A stretch of 64,000 nucleotides of DNA from Pecten maximus. Lineage: Eukaryota. The stretch is taken from contig NC_047019.1 in the NCBI RefSeq assembly GCF_902652985.1, positions 35,464,001 to 35,528,000 on the forward strand. Direction: 5' to 3'. Under the pieces are notes generated by a model that worked only from the letters and a program-made list of their open reading frames with translations, did not search any database and was not told the DNA's origin. The first letter of the stretch is position 1, and every line of letters begins with the position of its first letter. The position numbers were made by a program, and so were the translations under genes. Positions 52,166-61,964 of the stretch are shown here, piece after piece.

Positions 52166-55100
52166 TTGGCGTCACATCAGCCAGTTGTGAGACAAGTAGG
52201 GGTGAAGGACCGGGATGTTGAGAATATAGAGGTCGCGTATAGGGGATTAATGATAGAGGGCGGTCCTAGGACTATGATACTGAATGTCGTGGTTGGGCTT
52301 CGCGTCATACCCGCTGTAGTAGACACTGCAGCTCAGGCCTCTATAATTAATCGGAGCATATTTAAGCAGTTGCTGCCCGACAAACAATCTGTCGGCCGAT
52401 ATGGTCTAAAGGGTGTAGGGCAACAGTCTCTTCTTGAAGCTCAACGGGCGTCCGATGTGCATATGAGCATTGGGGATTCAAACTTTAAAATTGATCTCCT
52501 GGTAGCTAATATAGCTGATGAGCTTATCTTAGGAATAGATTTCCTAGAACGACATCGAGCAGTCATAGACTTCTCAAACTATTCAGTCATGTTGAATGGC
52601 TACCGGTTTCAGGCGGAGTGCATGCTTAATAATGGGAAGGAGCCTGTGAAAGTGTACAGATTGGTCGTTGGGAAGAGAGCAGTTGTCCCACCAGACTCAG
52701 TGAAGTTTATTGTGGTAAGGACGACAGGGCGAGAATCGCCGGAAGGGGATATCTTAGTCCAGCCTTATCAGGAATTGGAAGGCCTGCTCATTCCTCGCGT
52801 ACTTCATCGTGGTTCCTCAGTCATGACTGTTGTCGTGTGTAATCTGTCGGATAAGTTCATCACCCTCAAGGCGGGACTTCCTTTTGGGACGGGGATGCAG
52901 TCCGAGGTTACGCCCGAGGTTACCACCGAGGAAGACACGGCGGAAAGAGGACAGTTTAGTGTCAGACACACAAAGATGGATCGGTACGGCAACCCAGACG
53001 ATGGATTACGAGCGCTGGTCGAGGAGCTGCCGGAATATTTGCAGGACCTTTTCTTTCGTTCTACTGCCAACCTACCAGCCGGCCAGTCAATACGGGTCGC
53101 TGAACTGTTGATCCGCTTCAAGGGCGTGTTCGCCAAAGATGACCTGGACTTGGGGCTTTTCAATGGGGGTATTAAGCACCGCATAGACACGGGAGACTCT
53201 AGACCGGTTAGACAGAAGATGAGACGTACTCCGTTGGGGTTCGAGGAGGAGGAGGAGGACCACATTCACAAGATGTTGGAGAAGGGGGTGATCCAGATGT
53301 CCACATCGGAATGGGCTGCCCCGCCTGTTTTGGTCCGGAAGAAGGATGGCAGTCTCAGATACTGTATAGACTACCGGCTTCTTAACAAGGCAACTGTCAA
53401 GGACGCTTTTCCTCTTCCTGCCATCGGAGCCTGTATAGATACCATCGCAGGAAGTATGTTCATGAGCACTCTAGATATGGCAGCCGGGTATTGGCAAGTC
53501 GAAGTGGCCGAACGAGATCGTCATAAGACAGCTTTTATTACGAAACACGGGTTGTTTGAACATGTGCGGTTGCCATTTGGCTTATGTAACAGCCCAGCGA
53601 CCTTCAACAGAGTTATAGAACTAGTGCTTCGTGGACTGACTTGGAGGGATTGTTTGGCGTACTTGGATGATGTCATGGTCCTTGGGAATGATTTTGACTC
53701 TCATATTCGCAACCTAGGTGAAGTACTGACGAGGTTCCAGAAGTACAACCTCAAGTTAAAACCAAAGAAATGTCACCTTTTCCAGACAGAGGTCAAGTTC
53801 CTTGGGAAGATCGTGAGCGCAAGCGGTGTATCAGTTAATCCTGAGAGTACAGAGGCTGTCCGTAACTGGAAGGTTCCGGTGAATAAGCGTGACGTAGAGT
53901 CCTTCCTGGGATATGTGAACTACCATCGCGAACATATTCCAGGATTTGCTCAGCTAGCGATACCTCTCCATGACCTTACGGGTAAAGCTGATTTCTGCTG
54001 GGTCGAGCGGCATCAACAGGCATTTGAGGACTTGAAGAATGCTCTCATCAATGCCGTGGTATTGGCCTATCCGAATCCAAAGGACCCCTTCATCCTGGAT
54101 ACTGATGCCTCCGACGGAGCAATTGGTGCTGAGCTGAGTCAGGTCCAGGATGGAAGAGAGAAGACCATCTGCTTTGCTAGTAGAGCTTTAACACCAGCGC
54201 AAAAGAGATATTGTACCACACGGAAGGAACTGTTGGCTATAGTTTCCTTTACACGGCAGTTCAGACATTATCTTCTCGGAAAAACGTTTGTGGTCAGGAC
54301 AGACCATAATAGTTTGAGATGGTTGTTAAATTTCCGGAACGTTCAGGGTCAGCTAGCAAGATGGTTAGAGGAACTCTCTTCATACAATATGGTTATTCAG
54401 CATCGGGCGGGTGCGGACCATGTCAATGCGGACGTGCTCTCACGATTGTCCGATCCCCTCGAAAGCTGTTCTAGCTATCAATGTGGGGTTCCATTATCCG
54501 CGTTGCCTTGTGGAGGCTGTGCATTCTGCACCCGAGCTCGTAACCAGTGGGAGGTGTTTGAGGAGGAGGTTGATTATGTGGTTCCGCTAACTGTTAGGCG
54601 GGTGTCGTCGCCTGACACCGAAGTCAGCTCCTTGATATATCCGACATGGACGGATCACCTCTCAGAGGAGGAGCTGCGAGCTAGACAGTTGGAAGACCCA
54701 GACTTGCGACTTGTCATTGGGTGGTTGGAGAACGAGGAGAGTCCATCAGAGGTCGATCTCAGGGTCGCGGGTAAAGAAGTCCGACATTGGTGGAATTGTC
54801 GAGATCAATGGTGCAAGCGGGGTCAAGTCTGGTTTTATCGCTGGGAGGACCCTATTACTCCGAGACTGTTACTTCTTCTTCCTAGGTCCTTACGGCTTCT
54901 GGCCCTTCAGAAGTCTCATGATCTGCCCAACTCGGGACACCTAGGGGAAACAAAGACCCTTCAACGTGTTAAACAGAGTGTTATCTGGTACGGGATGTCT
55001 GGTGACGGCAAGAAGTACGTATCGTCTTGCAGGGTCTGCGGACTCAACAAGAAAGCAAGTATCAAACCCAAAGCTGCCCTCGGACAATACCATTCTGGGA

Positions 55101-56206
55101 ACCCAATGGAGAGGGTTCACATGGACATTTTGGGGCCTCTTCCCGTTACCCCACGAGGGAACAAGTACATCCTCATGGTGATTGACCAATTTTCAAAGTG
55201 GTTAGAATGCTACCCATTGCCGGACCAGAGCGCAGAAAGTGTCGCACGGGCTGTGGTGGATGAATTCATCTCCAGATTCGGCTGTCCACTGGAAATCCAC
55301 ACGGATCAAGGCAGAAATATGGATGGGTCTCTTGTAAGGACAGTTTGCAAATTGCTTCAGATCACAAAGACGAGAACAACTCCATACCATCCAGCTTCCA
55401 ATGGTCAGATCGAAAGGTATAACCGGACTATTCTACAGTCACTCCGATGTTTTATCGACGGGAAACAAGGTAGTTGGGATCAACATCTACAGCAGCTTGC
55501 AGGGGCCATAAGAGCAACTGTGCACCGGCAAACCGGGTTCACTCCTAATCGGATGATGTTGGGTAGGGAGGTAACCCAGCCTCTTGACATCTATCTGGGC
55601 ACATCTAATGTTAAGTCTCAGGTAGAGAGTCCCGCTGAGTATGTGCTCGGTTTGGAGGAAGTGTTAGAGGAAGTCCATCGGATTGCACGCCAGAATCTTG
55701 GCGGCGCGCAGCACAGGCAGAAGAGGGATTATGATCTCCGAGTTCACCAAAGAGCCTACCAGGTGGGGGATGTAGTTCTGAAGGTGGATTCTTCTACGAC
55801 AGTTGGGGTATCGAAGAAGCTGAAGGCTCCTTGGAAGGGGCCCTATTTGGTGACCACGGTAAAATCGCCTGTGTTGTACACCATCACCGACCGGAAGGGC
55901 AGTAGTGTTATCCATCACGATCGCCTAAAACTTTGTAAGGACAGAGAGTTTCCGGTCTGGCTGAGGAGAATGAGGAACGAACTCCTCAAGGAGCTGGAAG
56001 TGGAGTCGTCGGCTGATTCCCGGGAGCGTGAACATGAGGGTGATATGGGACTACGGAAGTTGTTTTCTGGTCCTGGTTCCACGGCAGGGGCAGGAGAACC
56101 CGATGAGAACGGTCAGGTAACACAGAACTCTCCGACCCCGCGGAGTTCCCGCCGGAGGAGGTCCCCTAGGTATCTGCAGGATTACGACCTGTCATTCGGG
56201 AAGTGA
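52166..56206 (+). CDS. pol: Pol polyprotein (protease, reverse transcriptase, RNase H, integrase); probably entered by -1 frameshift at about 52100 rather than at the TTG
   Basis: VVDTAAQASII and ILGIDFL (protease); RYCIDYRLLN, LPFGLCNSPATF and YLDD (RT); TDASDGAIGAEL and TRKELLA (RNase H); H-x6-H...CRVC, HMDILGP, HTDQGRN, SNGQIER and GPY motif (integrase). Confidence 0.97.
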   Translation: MASHQPVVRQVGVKDRDVENIEVAYRGLMIEGGPRTMILNVVVGLRVIPAVVDTAAQASIINRSIFKQLLPDKQSVGRYGLKGVGQQSLLEAQRASDVHMSIGDSNFKIDLLVANIADELILGIDFLERHRAVIDFSNYSVMLNGYRFQAECMLNNGKEPVKVYRLVVGKRAVVPPDSVKFIVVRTTGRESPEGDILVQPYQELEGLLIPRVLHRGSSVMTVVVCNLSDKFITLKAGLPFGTGMQSEVTPEVTTEEDTAERGQFSVRHTKMDRYGNPDDGLRALVEELPEYLQDLFFRSTANLPAGQSIRVAELLIRFKGVFAKDDLDLGLFNGGIKHRIDTGDSRPVRQKMRRTPLGFEEEEEDHIHKMLEKGVIQMSTSEWAAPPVLVRKKDGSLRYCIDYRLLNKATVKDAFPLPAIGACIDTIAGSMFMSTLDMAAGYWQVEVAERDRHKTAFITKHGLFEHVRLPFGLCNSPATFNRVIELVLRGLTWRDCLAYLDDVMVLGNDFDSHIRNLGEVLTRFQKYNLKLKPKKCHLFQTEVKFLGKIVSASGVSVNPESTEAVRNWKVPVNKRDVESFLGYVNYHREHIPGFAQLAIPLHDLTGKADFCWVERHQQAFEDLKNALINAVVLAYPNPKDPFILDTDASDGAIGAELSQVQDGREKTICFASRALTPAQKRYCTTRKELLAIVSFTRQFRHYLLGKTFVVRTDHNSLRWLLNFRNVQGQLARWLEELSSYNMVIQHRAGADHVNADVLSRLSDPLESCSSYQCGVPLSALPCGGCAFCTRARNQWEVFEEEVDYVVPLTVRRVSSPDTEVSSLIYPTWTDHLSEEELRARQLEDPDLRLVIGWLENEESPSEVDLRVAGKEVRHWWNCRDQWCKRGQVWFYRWEDPITPRLLLLLPRSLRLLALQKSHDLPNSGHLGETKTLQRVKQSVIWYGMSGDGKKYVSSCRVCGLNKKASIKPKAALGQYHSGNPMERVHMDILGPLPVTPRGNKYILMVIDQFSKWLECYPLPDQSAESVARAVVDEFISRFGCPLEIHTDQGRNMDGSLVRTVCKLLQITKTRTTPYHPASNGQIERYNRTILQSLRCFIDGKQGSWDQHLQQLAGAIRATVHRQTGFTPNRMMLGREVTQPLDIYLGTSNVKSQVESPAEYVLGLEEVLEEVHRIARQNLGGAQHRQKRDYDLRVHQRAYQVGDVVLKVDSSTTVGVSKKLKAPWKGPYLVTTVKSPVLYTITDRKGSSVIHHDRLKLCKDREFPVWLRRMRNELLKELEVESSADSREREHEGDMGLRKLFSGPGSTAGAGEPDENGQVTQNSPTPRSSRRRRSPRYLQDYDLSFGK

Positions 56207-56307
56207 TGGGCTTTGTCGTATGAATCTGGATAGGACATGCGAGTTGCTCAGCAACTGTCGAGGACATGGAACTTGGTCTTTGTTCCAGCGACTAGTCGAC
56301 ATTTTAT

Positions 56308-56321
56308 AAAATGGGGAGGAG
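56308..56321 (+). other. Polypurine tract
   Basis: AAAATGGGGAGGAG abutting the 3' LTR. Confidence 0.85.
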
Positions 56322-56570
56322 TGTTGTGACTCTATGGGGCGAGTTGGTTTGCGGTGGTCCGAGTCTGTAGGTATATCTGGACAACTCGCCCGAAGGTGAT
56401 GTGTGGAAGTACTCGTCACTCGTCCAGGTTAGTCTACATATGGTTGTTCTGGTATACGGACGTGTTTCACACACCGCACCTGACTGACCGTAGGCTCGCC
56501 GTATTGCACGGCATTATATATATACTATATCCTAGCAGATATTGCATATTCACGGCTATCTTGCACAACA
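56322..56570 (+). repeat. 3' LTR
   Basis: Identical to 50071-50319 on manual comparison; followed by TSD GCACC. Confidence 0.97.
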
Positions 56571-56646
56571 GCACCCACTGTAAGAATGAAACTTCCCATT
56601 GATCGAGACTGTAAGCGTTTGTGCGACGAAGACTGAAATAGAAAAA

Positions 56647-59600
56647 ATGGCGGACGAAGACGGAGATAAGTATGCACAGTCTATTTTTCACGCTTTACCA
56701 ACACCGTATATTCTTTTAAGTAAAATATATCGATTAGTATTTGAAGAGTTCAATTTACGTTATGATTCGAAACAAAGTATGTTTCAGTTTATGGCCGACG
56801 TTCCGGTTTTTTCATCCTTATTATTTATTGCACAACGAGCCATGCTGCACGCGTGCTTGTAAATAAAATGTAGACCATTCGTTATTCGACGACGTTTATT
56901 TACATTCGTACCCGGTACTTAAACGGGTCCCTGAAGCCATCTTTCAATTAAGGTATAACTATGTTATTACGATGAAAAAGGTTATTAACTTAAATATGAA
57001 TAGTAATCTGAACATGATCAGGTCGGGGAAACCCCTAGATCGGCGTATAATACCTCGATCGGCCTATTATACGCCGATTGAGGTATGGATTTGTTACTAG
57101 AAATAGCTCAAATCAATTTAAACTCATCTTTTTAAAAATTTCTATCCAAGTCGCATGAATTTATGACAAAATAAATAATATTTTGCTGAAATATGTTTAA
57201 TGGAAGCAGTGGCTACTTAGAAACTTGATGTTACAATCGCCGCCGTAGTAACACTACCATCGTAACATAGGCCATATAGACCGGAAGTATTACATCTGTT
57301 TTCAGTTCTTTCCCGCACTCAAATAAATTTAATTTTTGTATTTGTATAACGTTTAATGCCTAAATAAATGCGACTTGGATAGAAATTTTTAAAAAAGATG
57401 AGTTTAAATTGATTTGAGCTATTTTTAGTAACAAATCCATACCTCAATCGGCGTATAATAGGCCGATCGAGGTATTATACGCCGATCTAGGGGTTTCCCC
57501 GACCTGATGATGATCAGCGTTATACGGTAACGTTAAGTAGGTACTGTATACTAATATAGGTTTAGCTTTATACGATCACAATGTTTAAACCACTTGATTT
57601 GTTTGCAGTTTTGATGACGATTTAGATGAAGTAGAAGATGAAGAGCCACTTGATGAACCTATTAGTCAGGTAATTAATAATTATGTAACATATTTTTACA
57701 ATCTACTAATTAAAATATATAGATGCTCATTCTCACTACGTTATATGAACATCTAACGACATCGCATAAGGGGTCACGTTCTGGTGAGTGGTGACCTTTG
57801 TTACCTCAATATTTCTCTTTCAGGTCGAATTGACAAATTTTTGATGTCATCAATCTCACCCACTTATCACATCATGCATCTGAAGTAGCCCTGAGTTTCC
57901 TCTGGTGTAGGGCCAGAGCGCACTACTATATGAAAACGTGGAATTATCCGACACCGTATGGTGCCGCTAAGAATTTTGTGCAAATACAATAAAATTGGGT
58001 TTGACATAACACCTACCTTACATATATGGATAACTGAGATATTTATTTACCCCAGAACACCCATTAGTCCCTATCTTGCATTATTCCAGCCGTATATACC
58101 CTATACCTAGCTTTACGCTAGTCAAAATTTCATACTTGACTCAGCGCCATATTGCTAACTATGTAGGTCACAGGCGGACTAATTACCCCAATCAGACAGT
58201 GCAAGGTGGAGCGAAAAGAAAAGAAATACTACATTTATTTTTTTATATATTTTACCGCTTATAATTTATAAAATTATAAAAAAAAATAATGAATTTTTAA
58301 ATTGAATATAACAGGTTTTGGTAAATAATAAGCTTAGTTTTCTTGATTTAAACTATGTAAAAAGAAAAACACATTAAATGATACATGAACTTTTCGGTCC
58401 ATTGCATTCCAATTCGGGTGGTTAGTGGTACTGTCACTTACAAAATTGAGGGTCAACAGTATGAAATTTTGAGTAGCGTAAAGCGAGGGTTCTATACGGA
58501 TGTACGGGTGTTCAAGGGATAAATAAATATCTCATTTATCCATATATGTAAGGTAGGTGTTATGTCACACTCGATTTTATTGTATTTGCACCAAATTCTT
58601 AGCGACGCCAAACAGTGTTGGATAATTCCACATTTTCATATAGTAGTGCGCTCTGGCCCTACACCAGACATGGTGTCGGGGCCAGAGGAAACTCGGGCTA
58701 GCATCTGAAGCTAACCATTTCGGTTATGCACTTTAGTCATGCTATTTTCACTTTCAAGATTCTGTAAGTAGTAATTTGATTGGGGTAATCCAAAAGGTCA
58801 CCCTGACATGAGTCACATGACCCATTATCCAATGTTTTTAGATGTTCATGTAACACAGTGAGAATGACCATCTAGATTTTAATTAGATTGCATATTTTTA
58901 CATAATTATATGATATTTATCAAAATCATCTAGCAGGAAATCCATGCTACATGTATATCCATGTATATTGTATATAACTTAGCAACACAAATGATGAAGG
59001 AAGACAACTTTTTGACTCGTGCCCTGACCGGGCCTCAAACTCACGATCTACGGCACCCAATCGTCTAGCCAGAAATACCCGCAGCCTATACCGCTGCGCC
59101 ACATCAGCGTTCTTAAAAAAAGAACGTTTCAATGGCGCAGAGATGGTTGGCCCGATACCCTGACATGATCATTGTGGAAGTTGTCTATAAGATGATATGA
59201 ATACCTGGATCGCCATGTATTTACATACATGGATACGAATTGTACATATATTATATATATTTCTCTCGGTACAACTACGACAGGAAATTCAAATCTTTAT
59301 CTTCGGATCACCAACACAAAGTGTATATGATACATTGTGCTAATAAATAGATACCCACGATCTACGGCACCATGTATATTGTATATATATATATATACAA
59401 TGATAGTATTGTTCAATACGCGGGATGGATGACTTCTCTGACCAGTCCAAATTGGTAAAGAGTCTATGAGCAAGAGTTTCCAAATTCCTCTGGCCCTGAC
59501 ACCATTTCTGGTGTAGGCCAGAGCAAAGCCAAGACTAAATGGGTGTGGTGGGGTAAATAAATATCTCTTTATCTTTATGTATAAGGTAGGTGTTATGTCA

Positions 59601-61482
59601 CACCCAATTTTATTTATCTGCACCGAAATCTTAATTACACCAATCAGTGTCGGAGAATTCTACATTTCCATATAGTAGTGTGTTTGCCCTACACCAGACA
59701 GTGTTAGGGCCAGAGGAAACTCAGACTAAGAGCCTATCAGTTCTGCTGTTTTCAACATTCTATTCTTTTGTGAAAGTATCAGACCTCTATAGAGTGCAAT
59801 AGTTCATAAAAAATGCAACACAATTTGATAAGATGTTGTCGGAAAAAATGCTTTTCAGTTGTGACCATTTTTAAAGTATTTATGTAAGATTCATCCCTGT
59901 TATAGGGAGGTGAGTTCTTGCTTGATAAGAAATAAATGATCTGATGTTTATTTGTATGTCAACAGCCACAAGACCAGGTTGAAGTGCTGTCCTCTGATGC
60001 TGGTCTGGCAGTTCCACCTGAGAAGAGGATCACTACACCTTACCTAACTAAATATGAAAGAGCAAGAGTGCTTGGGACCAGAGCACTGCAAATAGCGTAT
60101 GTATTATAAACACTTCAAAGTGACTCTGATAAATCAAAAACCCAAATGAGTTTTGAATTACATGCTAAGTACAATGAAACTATGTTAACTGTAATTCTCT
60201 GTACAAATTGGCAATATTTCAATTAATCAGTAAATGTGCTTGGCTGGATGTAGACTTGATTAACACATCATCTTTAATCATCCATACATCAGACAATGTG
60301 ATTACATAATTACAGAATGTGTGCCCCGGTGATGGTAGAATTGGAAGGAGAAACCGATCCTCTACTCATTGCCATGAAAGAGTTAAAGTAAGTTAATCAG
60401 AAAGCACTGTGTGATGTAGATCAGTCTGCTATTGACAGAATACCAACCTGTGTTAAATGTAGAAATTAGTGACAAAAAAGATAACACAAACTGATGACTG
60501 TAAAAACACCTGAAATTCAGGAAAAATAATGAGTTTGAATTTAAAAAAAACCTTTTAAAACACTTCCATGAAACTTTGACTGTTACTGTACAATTGACCT
60601 AGGATATTTTCACACTAATGGATGAAATAGATTCTTTAGTATTAATATGGATTTTCTGAATAAAGTTATCAAGTTTTTTTTATTATCCCTCATGAGGAAG
60701 TGGGAAAGGGGAAACATTGTTCCATTTATATGTGCATATACACGTTCACCTTTTTGTCAACACTGATGCAGTGGTCAAGTATCAAAATAGTGAGAATACC
60801 TCAAACAAGTTTGTGTTTCACGGTGCCAAGGGAAATGACAAGGTCACTGTTACTATTTAATGAAAATCTTTGTCAACACTCGAGTGACATCCTTAATTTG
60901 ATTTTGATCAAAATTCATATTATGGTCGAGTATGAAAATACCTCTAACAAGTTCATGATTCAGGGAGACAAGGTCACTGATACTATTTAAAGAAAACAGT
61001 TGTCAGTACTCTAAGTAAGGACTTCACATGAGGGGATTTGATTTGCTTGTGATGCCTTGTTCAACTCTCTATTTGCTAATTAATTTGTAGATATTTCAAA
61101 AATCACACCTGTACTACTCTTGTCAGTTCAATCCAAGGTATACTCGGTACTCTATGGAAAAATAATAGAAACTTGTGGATTCCTTGTAGGGAAAATGATC
61201 TTGAATGCAAGATGATCTTGAAAATAAGCCATTTAATTTGACCCAAGTCATTAGCCTGATTTGTACTAAAAATTATGACACCCTGATCATTTCAGTAACT
61301 AGAATTGTATATAATGAATTAATTTAGTTTAAGCAAATGAATATTTTACACATTTCCTATATGTAATTACTTGTTCTGATAACTGTTTCAGAGCAAGAAA
61401 GGTTCCACTCATCATTCGACGATATCTTCCTGATGGAAGTTTCGAGGACTGGGCTGTGGATGAACTTTTAATGACAGAATGA
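56647..61482 (+). CDS. POLR2F: DNA-directed RNA polymerases I, II and III subunit RPABC2 (RPB6), 5 exons, about 125 aa
   Basis: Exons 56647-56669, 57609-57669, 59966-60096, 60316-60387 and 61392-61482, all GT-AG and in phase (378 nt). Encodes an acidic N-terminus [20 protein letters not shown] and [69 protein letters not shown]. It is absent from the ORF track because the exons are short. Confidence 0.96.
57019..57506. mobile_element. Foldback MITE (488 bp) with about 137-bp near-perfect TIRs, in POLR2F intron 1
   Basis: CAGGTCGGGGAAACCCCTAGATCGGCG... / ...CGCCGATCTAGGGGTTTCCCCGACCTG, flanked by ATGAT on both sides. Confidence 0.9.
57678..58908. mobile_element. Older MITE-like element with diverged long TIRs, host of a nested insertion
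   Basis: TAATTATGTAA...TAATTAAAAT..TAGATG.TCATTCTCACT..GTTA.ATGAACATCTAA on the left matches the reverse complement of 58790-58908. Confidence 0.6.
57886..58700. mobile_element. Non-autonomous DNA transposon with TAG...CTA ends, long TIRs and 10-bp TSD (AcademH-like; MULE not excluded)
   Basis: GCATCTGAAG directly flanks both ends (57876-57885 and 58701-58710); about 165-bp imperfect TIRs starting TAGCCC.GAGTTTCCTCTGG. Confidence 0.8.
58950..59108 (-). mobile_element. tRNA-derived SINE or tRNA pseudogene-like head
   Basis: On the - strand: A-box TGGCGCAGCGG and B-box-like GAGTTTGAGGCCCG. The spacing and stems do not give a clean cloverleaf. Confidence 0.5.
59480..59728. mobile_element. Internally deleted relative of the 57886-58700 element
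   Basis: Shares TAAATAAATATCTC, AAGGTAGGTGTTATGTCACAC and GGGCCAGAGGAAACTC.G.CTA right-end sequence. Confidence 0.7.
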
Positions 61483-61964
61483 AAGAATCACTTCCAAGCA
61501 ATTTTCATTTCATTTGTGAAAGATTGTGAGAGAGAAAGATGATTGATGACAGAATCAGGGAGATTTCAAAAGTAAGGCATAGTGAGAGAGAAAGATGAAT
61601 GATGACAGAATCCGTGAGTGTTCAGAAGAAAGTCAGATCAATGTTTTCTGTCCATGTGTTTTGATCATTTCATTTTACGTGTAATTTTGTATTTGTCCAA
61701 GATATATGTATTAAAACAAGTTTTACATAATAATTTGAGTAGTCCTTATCTCTTAATTTCATTCTTTCCTCTCATAAATTCTGTAGGTTTCCTTATTCCT
61801 TCCATACCTAATCACAATATCTTCAAAACTATTATTTAACAGACAATATAAAACTGAAGAGACAGAGAATGGGATGTGAAGTGTTTACATTCTGGCTGGC
61901 ATTGTACCAATCTTTTAAGTTTTAGGAGATTATCTATCCTAAAAGGAGTAAGAGTTGCATTGCA

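Larger units (their letters stand above)
50071..56570 (+). mobile_element. Full-length Ty3/Gypsy LTR retrotransposon, 6500 bp, apparently intact
   Basis: Two 249-bp LTRs with TG...CA ends that are identical by eye, 5-bp TSD GCACC (50066-50070 and 56571-56575), primer-binding site (PBS), polypurine tract (PPT), gag, and pol in PR-RT-RH-IN order. Confidence 0.98.

Noticed and set aside
52166-52168. TTG as the pol start codon
   Set aside because: An artefact of the prokaryote-style ORF caller. The frame is open back to the slippery heptamer at 52094.
56207-56321. env or chromodomain in the retroelement
   Set aside because: Only about 115 bp separate the pol stop from the 3' LTR, and the integrase tail is low-complexity with no chromodomain pattern.
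50071-56570. Identification as the Steamer element of bivalve transmissible neoplasia
   Set aside because: Steamer, as recalled, has a single gag-pol ORF and shorter LTRs. This element has frameshifted ORFs, 249-bp LTRs and an HhH-Gag. An RT phylogeny is needed for clade assignment.
58950-59108. Functional tRNA gene
   Set aside because: A- and B-box-like motifs are present, but the B-box is degenerate and no convincing cloverleaf forms; treated as SINE-like.
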